From assembly GCF_038025025.1 (NCBI RefSeq), contig NW_027117344.1:558001-622000 (forward strand): 64,000 nt of DNA, in the 5' to 3' direction. The stretch comes from Phyllosticta citribraziliensis. Lineage: Eukaryota. Of the stretch, positions 50,339-60,179 are shown piece after piece. A model generated the notes under the pieces. The model saw only the letters and a program-made list of their open reading frames with translations. It was not told where the DNA came from and did not search any database. How positions within the stretch are numbered: position 1 is the stretch's first letter; each line of letters begins with the position of its first letter. Both the position numbers and the translations under genes were made by a program.

Positions 50339-51579
50339 ATGAACGGACTTGCCAACGGCCACACCAACGGCCATGTCGATGCTCTTCCCCCAAGCGACGC
50401 CCCATCTATCGCCCTTGTAGAGCCGACGGAAGAAGAGAAATGGGCTCAATGGACTCTTAATGGCAACAGCTGGAAGGGCGCCCTATCCCTCGAAGGCTAT
50501 TGCCGCCGCGAACAACATTTGGCCAACCAAGATTGCACAAAAAATGGAGGTCAGAGTTGGTGGGTCCTCGTTGACACCGCCTGCCAAGGGCCTCGACGCC
50601 GCGTACTTTCTGGCTGCGAGACCTTTTGCAAACCAGCCGTTGTTGCTCAGAATGGAAAAACAACCGACGTGATTGTACACGGCGTTGGGAGCGTTTTTTG
50701 TCCCCCAGAACACCGGGGACGAGGATACGCTGGACGGATGTTGGAAGAGCTTGGAAAGAGGCTTCCAACCTGGCAGACCTCGGAAAAACGCAAGTGTCTG
50801 TTCTCCATCTTGTACTCTGACATTGGCAAGGTGAGTAGATGAGCATGTGAATGGTCTGCGTTGCGCCTTCTGACGTTCAATGCAAGAAATTCTATGCGTC
50901 TCATGGCTGGGAACCATTTCCCTCTTCCCACATTTCTTTGCCGCCTGTCGAGGAGTCGGCCAACTCGAGCAAGCTGCCGGGACTGAAGGAGTTGCAAGCA
51001 GAAGATCTGGCTCCACTATGTGCAGCCGATGAAGCGCTCTTGCGGAAAAACCTGGTCGACGCTGCAAATGGCAAAACCAGGGTCGCCTTGATTCCTAACG
51101 TTGAAACAATCCGGTGGCACCACGCGCGTGAGCAATTCGTCGGGACGGAGCTCTACGGCAGATTCCCATCCATCAAGGGCGGCGTCGTCGGCGACAAGGA
51201 AGGCCAGCGGATATGGTGCTACTGGACCAGGATGTGGTCCAACCCCAACAAAGGCGAAAGCAAAGGCAACACGCTGCACATTCTCCGCATCGTAATCGAG
51301 CCCAACGTCGTGCCGGGTTCGGTTGTCCCCGCGATTGCTGCGCTGCTGGCTAGAGCGCAGCGCGAGGCCGCCGAGTGGCACATGGAACAGGTGGATTACT
51401 GGAATCCGTCGCCAGAGGTTGTTGCTGCCGCGCAGCTGCTGGACCCAAAGGCCGAGGTTGTTGACCGCGACTCGGAGAGCATCGCGAGTTTGCGGTGGTT
51501 TGGTGAGTCTCCATCGGACGGGGGCAGCATTGCCGACTCGATTGAGTGGGTGGCCAATGAGAAGTACGGGTGGTGTTGA
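50339..51579 (+). CDS. GNAT-family acetyltransferase (LYC1-like lysine acetyltransferase)
   Basis: Acetyl-CoA motif A GVGSVFCPPEHRGRGYA, LYSDIGK|KFY and C-terminal WVANEKYGWC. Intron at 50831-50886. Confidence 0.85.
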
Positions 51580-52254
51580 GCTGGCACTACTTGTAGCATT
51601 GCTCGAGTGTATTTCTGGTCTTTTGGCCACTTTTGCAATCCTGCTGCTATGAAGTACCTGTCTTTGAAGCAACTGATTCTCATTCAACTGCCTCGAGAAT
51701 AAATGTTTACCGTCCTATCTTCTGGTCCTCATCTTGAACCAAAAATGCTACGCTATCTACAACTGTTTCTCAGCTTATCGCAAGTGCTTGGGTACACAAC
51801 GTCAGCCACATTCATCCTTGAAACATCTGACCGTTAATCTTGGCGATGAACAATGTGACTGGTCTGATTTGATCACACGGAGAGCCGCGAAGCTTGAGTT
51901 GTGCGGATGACAGCCAGGACGCTGGTCTTGGGACCGAAATGGTTAGCTTGGCTTTGTCCGGCTTACCTAACAAAATGGCCCGTGCATTCGCCTCCTCAAC
52001 TTTTACGACGGAACCCCATCGTCGCATCCATCGACGTCGTCACCCCCACACCGTCATCCAACCACCCACCCACCCACCGTGTCGATCATCGCAGCCGGCA
52101 TCGGTACGTGTATCGGCGCTTTCTCATCTGTTGAGGTTTCGTTCTCTTCCATCATGACTTGAGCTGAGCAGGGCACGCGTCCACGTCGCGTCGGGCGATC
52201 ACCTTCAGCCAGATCTCAGGCCGACCGGCACCATCACCTTGCGGCAGACAGTCA

Positions 52255-52841
52255 ACGCCCGTTACTTCTCTCAGCAGTCGAGATTCGAGCGTGACCCGCC
52301 TGGCTATGACACTCTCGTGCATTGCTGGGCTCGTCCGCTCTACTCGCTGTTGTGAGAAGCCAACTCGCGCGGTCGGAATGTTGCAGGGCTTGATGCTTGT
52401 CGCCTCTTCAAGCTGAGCTGTTTCCTTGACTCTTGTGTCTTTGCTCACTCAATTTTCATGTAGGTCCGGCTCGCACCGTCGCTTTGCAACAGCCATGACG
52501 CGCCCGACTATTCTCGCTCCAGCAGGGGTTCGGGGTTGACCCGCCTAGTTGTGCCTCTTCGGGAGTACTTTTACGGCTCGTCTCCTCTCCCTGCTGTTGT
52601 GTTCAAAGGCGGACTTGCACATTTGGCTTGCGTGGAGTTTCGGGGCGTGTCGTTCCAGCTTGGTGACATCATTCCCATTGTCTACCCCAGCATGTACATA
52701 GCAGCCCTCCACGCCCGTCCCTTCTCACTTCAGTTGAGATTCGAGGGTGACCCGCCGACAGACTTTTTCGGAATCTCCGTTGTGCTCGTCCTCTCTACTC
52801 ACTGTTGTGTACGAAGTGGACTCGCGGGTTGGACTGAGTTG
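52255..52841. repeat. Degenerate ~130-bp direct repeat (copies at 52255-52383 and 52711-52841)
   Basis: Collinear shared blocks ACGCCCGT, GAGATTCGAGSGTGACCCGCC, GCTCGTCC, CTCTACTCRCTGTTGTG and ACTCGCG. Confidence 0.75.
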
Positions 52842-53172
52842 AGAAGCCACGGACTCCTTGCCTCTAGTGACCAAATCAGATCCCCTGTCTTGTACTTATC
52901 GAGAATTTTGGGTCGGGACGGACTGAAGGAGAGGCGTTTAAATCCCATCACGCCAGACACTTTTTCAAATTTCAGGCAGAGAGGATGTCATATTTGGAGC
53001 TCTTCATCTTGTTGAATAAATACATTGTTCTTGTCGTCACATCAAAGCATCTGTTAACAGAGTGTTTCTTGGTACAGGCCCAGCTCCGCATGATCTTTCT
53101 CATGACCCTCCAACCCTGAATACTCCCACGCCGCCTCGTAACCGCTCCTCGACCCGAACGCTCCCGGGCATC

Positions 53173-55134
53173 ATGGCGACGCCAACCGAGCACCAGCGAC
53201 CCATCCACCTCACCAACGGGCCACTCCCCGTCGCCCTCTCCCTCGACCGCTTCCTCGTAACTTGGCGCGATGCCGATACGCAGCAGGACCTTGCGCTGGG
53301 CAACCCAGGAGCTGGGGTCTCTCCCGCAGTCGTCGACGCAGCAGATTCCGGGACGCGCAAACCGGAGCTGCTTTTCCGCCTGGCATGGGATGCGGCGAGC
53401 CGCGGCCTCCTGCTCTATTTTTACCTGCCGCTGAAGATGCGTGCGGCGGCTAGAGGGAGACGGGACGTATATCTGGTCGTGCCGGCGGAGGGGATAGAGG
53501 GGATGGATGTGAACGAGGAGCATCCAGGAGCGACTTCTCATGATGGAGACGGCGGGGACGACGAGAAGAGCGGGGGTGGGAGGGAGAACGCCAAATTCCT
53601 CCGCCTCCGCATCTCTCTATCTCGTCCCAGCAGTGTCATCATGCCCACGGCCGGCGCCAAACGGCCCCTGAGCACGCAATCCCGCGGGCTGCTTCTCAGC
53701 CTCAAGTCGCTGGCGCAGGCGCGCGGATTTGAGGTCGAACTGCCGCACTCCCCTCAGCTGGAAGACGTGTTGGGAGACGTGGCGAAACGCGTGGATGGAG
53801 CTGGGGATCAGTTGCACACGCCGGATATCGATCACGAGAAGACATTCAGCGGCCGCGCGTGGGCTGTCGGGCCGTGGGAGCAGTATTTGTTAAGAGAAGG
53901 AGAGAGGTTGGAGGTCCCTTGGAATCCGGTCTTGGATGAGGCGCCGCCCGCTTATGAGGACGTTGTTGGCAGTGCTGACGACGCTCGAGGTGGGCTTGAA
54001 TTGATAGAAGCAGTAGGAGAGGAGGAGGACGATGGAGGCAGAGATGGAGGGTTCAAAGATGTGGTGCTTGGGTCGACTGGAGAAGAGCCAGGACATGAAC
54101 GAGGACAAGGAGGACTCCCACTCGAAGCGTACAAGGTCTATGACCACGGCACGCAGCAGACCACAAGGAGCACTCGTCCAGCTTCCCACTACGGTAAAGC
54201 AACAACAGCAGCAGCAGCAGCAGTCCAAGGCAATGCTCAGCAGACGACGTGGAGCATTCCGACTCTCAAGCGCAAAGCCGCATCACCACCACCAACAGCC
54301 CCCATCCCCACGCAGCAGACCACAGGCCCCATTCGTCCAGCCGTCCCCATCACCACATCAGCCCTCCTGCACACCCTCCACGCCTACCTCTCGCCCTCCT
54401 CGCCCCCAGGAGCCCTAGCATCACAACTCCCGCTACCGCCGCACTCACAATCAGTCCTCCACCTCGGCCGCTCGCGCGCCCTCTTCAGCGACGCACAATA
54501 CGCGCGCTTCTTCAACGGCGTGGCATGGCTCGCGACGCTGTGGCCGCGCCGTCCCGCCGCCCATCTCGCGCTGCTGCCGCACTGTGGGCGCATGATGCAG
54601 TGCGTGCGGCGCGACGACGCGGCGCGCTTCGTCCAGCAGCGCGTCGAGGCCATGGCAGCGACGCTCACCCTGTCTGGCGCGCAAGACGAAGACGAGCGGA
54701 CGATGAGACGCGACGAGAAGAGGCAGCGGAGGAGCGCGCGGCTGGGCACGCGCAACCCCTTTGACGGACCGCCCACGCAGGCGGGCGCGCGGCTCGTTGA
54801 GTTTGTCTACGTGTGCATAGGCGAGGGCGTCGACAACTTCATCGTCGACGACCTACTGGCGCTGCAGGAGGTTGCCGTGTTGCTGGAGCGAGCGGCGGCC
54901 GTGGCGGGCTTGTGTGGTGGTGTTGTTGGTGGCGAGAAGGGGGGACTGCATGTGGCCTTGGAGCATGCGAGCGACGATGCTGTTTTTGAGTTAGAGAGGC
55001 AGGCGGTTGCGTTTACGTTCCAGATGGCGGCGTGCGTTATGCTGGCGTTGTTCAAGGCGCATGAGAGGGACTGGTTTGGAGAGTGTGGTGTTGGACAGAA
55101 GGGAGGCACTGTGAACGCCCAAAATGTCACCTAG
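53173..55134 (+). CDS. Hypothetical protein (~653 aa) with a PPxY motif
   Basis: Long uninterrupted ORF. ATG in ATCATGG context. Beta-rich N-terminal segment, PPAY motif, disordered linker and helical C-terminus. No family recognised. Confidence 0.7.
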   Translation: MATPTEHQRPIHLTNGPLPVALSLDRFLVTWRDADTQQDLALGNPGAGVSPAVVDAADSGTRKPELLFRLAWDAASRGLLLYFYLPLKMRAAARGRRDVYLVVPAEGIEGMDVNEEHPGATSHDGDGGDDEKSGGGRENAKFLRLRISLSRPSSVIMPTAGAKRPLSTQSRGLLLSLKSLAQARGFEVELPHSPQLEDVLGDVAKRVDGAGDQLHTPDIDHEKTFSGRAWAVGPWEQYLLREGERLEVPWNPVLDEAPPAYEDVVGSADDARGGLELIEAVGEEEDDGGRDGGFKDVVLGSTGEEPGHERGQGGLPLEAYKVYDHGTQQTTRSTRPASHYGKATTAAAAAVQGNAQQTTWSIPTLKRKAASPPPTAPIPTQQTTGPIRPAVPITTSALLHTLHAYLSPSSPPGALASQLPLPPHSQSVLHLGRSRALFSDAQYARFFNGVAWLATLWPRRPAAHLALLPHCGRMMQCVRRDDAARFVQQRVEAMAATLTLSGAQDEDERTMRRDEKRQRRSARLGTRNPFDGPPTQAGARLVEFVYVCIGEGVDNFIVDDLLALQEVAVLLERAAAVAGLCGGVVGGEKGGLHVALEHASDDAVFELERQAVAFTFQMAACVMLALFKAHERDWFGECGVGQKGGTVNAQNVT

Positions 55135-55523
55135 CACTGCGACTGCATGGGAGGCAGTCATTGCGTGCGCACTGTGGATGGATCTAGGGAACTGAAAAAT
55201 TTGATACCCATCATGGAGAGAGCAAACGGCTTCAACGCACGGTGATGAAGACTGTTGGACACGGATGTTGAATTAGACGAAATTCGGATAGCGGCGTTGT
55301 CCAGCAGTCGTTCAAGCATTCTCCTGTGGAGTTCGGAAGTTTGAATTGGCAAGTTAGCCGTCACATCAACAAGCAAATCACACAAGCAGAGAAAGTCCAA
55401 AATTAAGCGAGAAAATTTCTTCATTCATGCTACCCGCCAACTCCCCTCGCGCTCCTCAGCAGCCGTGCCAGAACACTCCTCCCATGCATCCATACCCTCA
55501 AACATCAAAGAGTATTGACCAGG

Positions 55524-55825
55524 ACCGATCAGACGTCCACCAGCGCCCACTCAAGCCAGGCTGACGCGAAGTCAAAGAACCAGCCGAGTCGAGATCATTT
55601 CCACCGCAGCCGAAGCCAAGCGGTAAGTACCATCACTCTCGGGCGCCGGGGATAGCAGTCATCAGCTCGGTTGGAGATTCTGTGGCTCTTGTAAGGAGCT
55701 CAGAAGAAGGCGTTTACTATAGAAATGATTCCATCTGCGAGGCGTTGTTAGCATTGCTGTTGTTTCGGTCGTTCGCATCCTTCGTAAAGGGTAGGGGGGA
55801 GGGACGTACGAAGTAAAATCGCTAA
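55524..55825 (-). ncRNA. U3: U3 snoRNA with a spliceosomal intron (55735-55809)
   Basis: Box A' TACTTC, then intron GTACGT...GCTAAC...CAG. Box A ATCATTTCTATAG (55717-55729). Hinge AGAGCCACAGAATC (55676-55689). Box C' TGATGA (55659-55664), box B GAGAGTGA (55633-55640), box C-like GAAATGA (55595-55601), box D CTGA (55529-55532). Terminal stem ACCGA/TCGGT. TATAAA at 55855-55860. Confidence 0.92.
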
Positions 55826-56919
55826 CGAGGTTATGAGAGCCCGGCGCTCTCTCATTTATACTTGAGCCGTGTGGCCCGCGCGGCGGGCGCTCGTAAGCGA
55901 AGCGCCTGTTGAGCTCAGGGCGCCCGCGTGCCCGTTTGGGGCGCGGGCGCTGTCTGAATTTTTGTGGTGGCCGGTTTTTTTTTCATTTCTTTTTTCGGTG
56001 GTGTTGATGTTGTATGCAAACAAGAGCATCACTTCTGGCGTGCATTCTGCCTGCTTGTTGAAGGAAGGCACGACCAGAGGAAGCGCTCTTGCCAGCTGAG
56101 CCAGTGCAGTACCTAAGGCAAACGCTGACGTCATGCCGCCCTTCGTTGCCGTCCAGTCCATCTTCGTGGGCGAGGGACACCTGGACGGCATGCACTGGAA
56201 CTCGAGTAAGCGCTCATCATCACCGAGAAGCCCATTTTCAAGAGTGTATGATTACGGGGATTCTCCAAATGTCCACTTAGCTCCACGGCGCTTTCTTTGG
56301 CTTGCATCTTCGTTGATGCCGCTTCCTGTAGAATTCCAAAATTCCACCAAGACGCGTCCACCTGCGAGTGATTCCTTCTCATGACGCTTGACCTAATACC
56401 ACAGAGATGCGAATCAGCATCCATGATGCAAAATTTGATGTAGCAACCAGCACGACAACCTTCAGCAAAAGATTCTAGTATTTGTTGTGACCAAAGCAGC
56501 AAACACGAAAGCCAAAGATTTAAACCATCATGAGCAACCGTTTGCTTGCTTGCCTGCTTGCTTACTTTTGTCTCCATCCATCAGCACTCAAATGGCAATC
56601 CGTCCCAAACGCCCGACTTTGAAAGACCCGTCCGTCCGTCACCCCTCCCCGCCGGCCATGGTTGCTGGCTCGCAATATGGCGGCATGGCGCCCACGTACG
56701 TCAAAGGAACGAAGAAAAGACCTAGCTACTGCTGATGCTGCTACCGCTGCCGCTGCATCAGGGAAAAGACACTGCAGCCAACTCCCATAACTCCCAAGAC
56801 GCCTCCCATTTCTTAGCATCGTGAAAAGAAACCCAGCGTCCCGTGATCCCTTATTTCCTTCCATGTTTCCCCGTGTCAAAACCACAACTACACCCAAAGA
56901 CAAGAAGCTTCCTCTCTCC

Positions 56920-59900
56920 TCACCTCTGTACCTTCTTCACAGCCGCGGCGGCTGTCGACACCGCCGAATCGCTGCACCCGCTCCAGATGGCGCTCAGCCA
57001 GCCTGCCTGCTCAACCACTGGGTAAAACGGACTCGAAACGTGGCCTCCATTGTGACCAACGCCCGCGCTGCTGCTTGCAACGCTACCACTGGCCCAGCTC
57101 TCCCAGCTCGTGCCGGCAACAAACGCCGCAAGGTCGTCTCCGCCGAATGACGTTTCCAGGCCGTCCAGCCACGCATCGTGCTGCCGCTGCTGCTGACGCT
57201 GCGTCGGCGGAGGCGGCGCGGAAGGAGATCCCCACGCCGGTGGCGGTACGAAGCGCTGTTGGGGGGACAGGCTAGTGGCTGACGGAAGCTGCTGGTTTGG
57301 CGCCGGATACGGTTGAGTCAGCTGTTGGATCGGGGCAAAGCCGCCCGTCGATGTCGAGGGGCGCTCGTATAGGGGAGGCGCCCCGGTTGACGCCGAGCTG
57401 GACGCGGGCGGGGAGATGATGGGCGACTGGCCCGTCGTGGGTGGGGGCTGTTGGTGGGACAGCTCGGGCGAGGGGTTGGAGATGGGGATGCCACCCGGCC
57501 CGAAGGCAGCCGTCGGAGTTTGTTGCTTTTGCTGCGTGACAGCCGCGGCCGCGACGGTATTGATGGCGTTCCAGCGCTCGTGGCGGATCGAGTCGGGGGC
57601 CGAGGTGTTGGCGTCGACAGAATCCCGATGCGCATACGAGGTGCTGTCGCCACTGTCTCGACGGTTGCCGTCGGTGTCTGGGGCGTCGAGCATGTCCAGG
57701 TCTTGATCGGTGTCTTCGGAGCCCACGATTGAGCGCAGGTATGCTTCAAACTGCTTGCAGTCCTCTCGAGCCGACGAACTCGTCCATGCAGAGCTGGGCG
57801 GTGATGGAGCCGCCATTGCCTTGGTGTTCCGCTCATGTTCCTTTTTGATTCGCATGTAGTAGATGTGCACACGCTTCAACGTTCTAAACCATCCTTCGGC
57901 CATTTGGAGCGTTTTCCGCATTTGGCTAGTAAGTTCCAAGCCTTTGCGAGAAGCCTCGGCCCCCGGGGAAATGTCGACTTCGGGCTTGACAAGATCGCGG
58001 AACTGTGTGCCCTTGCTCATGTAGCCGTGAGGGTCCATCCACGGAAAGTTTATTGCGTAGACACCTTCCAGAGTGTAAGCACACGAGCAAAACTCGACTT
58101 TACAATACATACCTGCAAGTGCAGCTGAATAGGTTGCAAACCCCACGACGGGTGATTCCACCAAAACCCCCCAGTCCTGACACATTCGGAGGAGATCAAT
58201 GACATCGCGAGCGGTTTTGAAGAGCTCACGAGCGCTCTGTTCCCAAAACCCGTCTGGTGTTTGGTATTCCTCGGGTGAAAATGTCGGTGCATCGAGTGGC
58301 CCCTGAGGTCTGGTGCTTTTCAACGGTATGAAAGGAATGTAGTCGCGATGGAGAATGATGCCGCAAACGAGGTGCACGATGTGCATAAGCACAAACGGCG
58401 TCGACGTTCGGGATGTGATGTGCGCCGAAACGTTTCCCATGGTGAGGGTCATGTCGCGGGGTAGCGAATCCCTGAAGCTCGCGTGAAGCTTTTGCAAGGA
58501 GCTCCATGTTGAACGTTCATCCCACGGAGGGAATTGCTCCCGCCTGCCGACCGGTCAGTCTGAGTGGTGTGGCTAAATTAGGAACAGACGTACCTTCTGC
58601 CTCCGCTGCAAGACCACTTGACTATGCGGCCGTAGAGGTCTAGAATCTTGATGTACCGACTGAGGATTCCTTCGTCTCCTCCGACTTCCCACCTACTGTC
58701 TTCATCCTCGTCCTTGCCAAACGCGGAACGGTCACTACTAACGGGCGTTCCACCATTTGGAGACCCGTGTTTCGAGCCCAGGATCGTCGACGCTTTTCTC
58801 TGGGTCTGCAGTTGGACTCGGCTTGCGACGTCTTGAGCTTCTTCCCCCAGCATTAAAGTCTTGACCTTTTCGCCAAACAGGAAGGCTCGCTCGCTGCAAG
58901 GCAGCTGAATCCGAAGATCGCTCACGTTGAGCATCTGGGGCCGATACTTTCCGCTGCTGAGGAACCTATCCAGAATGAAGCAGCTCCAGAACGTTCGCCT
59001 CTTTGTTTCTTGTTCGATAAAGGCGTCAGCCTTGCTGCCAGACATGGTATCCCGGTTGAATTGGCCGGGACCTGAGGATCTCGCTGGTAGCATGTCGTCG
59101 AGTTCCGTATCGTACTGAAGGCCCAAGAGTTGTGCAGAGCGTATAGCAGTTCCGACGGCTATCCATGCCTTGGAACCGCGACACATGCCCCACTCGTGCA
59201 GCCCCAGCATGAGTAGGGCTTGCACGCGCTGGAGGTCCGGACTGCCCTCATCTTTGCGGTCTAGGTTTGCTCGGCATGCAGAAGCGTAGTACTCGGCAGC
59301 AACAAGTGGGTTCTGTTTGGCGCTTGACGGCGAGTGATGCGCGACAAGCTGGGGGTAAAATCGAGCTGTCAACGCCAAGAATGCTAGCAATAAGGGGGGC
59401 GACAGCGCCGGGAGAGAAGCGCTGTTGCTTTCGCCAAAGCCCGGAGGAGTCGCGCCTTGCAAGGACGATTGCCTGAGAGATTTCAGGAATGTCGGAGGGT
59501 GAAGAAATGGCAGATCAGTTGAATGATGGGCCTGGAAGATGTCAAACTGCAGCGGGTCAGCCAGGTTGGTAGCATACGCAAGTGCAGATCTTACCAGATC
59601 AGTCCACACTTTGGGCGTCAGGACATTCGAATCCAACGCGTCGACGAGAGCGTGTGGGCTTTCGCGCGTTGAAAGCACTGGAGCTCCTACCGAAGCCGAG
59701 CTTTTTTTCGGCCGCGGTTGGCGCCGGGGAGTCTGCAATCACACGAATAAGCGGTCTGAGGCCATCACGTCCAAAGCACGTGCGCAGAGTGTTGACAGTA
59801 AAGAGTAGATTGCGAGGAGCTCATCTACAGCGACCAGGAACAGGCACATTTTTCTCCAACGACACAATTCATGACTGGGAAAGCTGGGAATGGAAAGCAA

Positions 59901-60179
59901 ACAATGGCGCGCAGCAAACGACGGGACAGGAGGGCGGTTTGGAGGCGAAAACGGACATACCTCGCCAGCCGTGACTCTATCCAGAGCAGGGTTCCCTGCG
60001 TGGGTGTTGGTTTCGCGCTTGGCTATGGCGACTGCTGCGCCGGCACCTGCAGCGGCAGGCGAAGGATAGGTGCATTCTCTGCCGGTGGTTTCACAAGCTC
60101 TACACGTCGTGCCGACGCCATTGTTGACGCATTTTACTTTGCTTCTTCTGCAGCGGGCGCAGGCTATGGAGGACCTCAT
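56920..60179 (-). CDS. Zn(II)2Cys6 transcription factor with fungal-specific TF middle domain (AUG-initiated form)
   Basis: CARCRRSKVKC......CRAC......C cluster, PFLHPPTF and RRTFWSCFILDR. Introns at 59733-59960, 59547-59594, 58544-58593 and 58065-58112. Confidence 0.92.
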
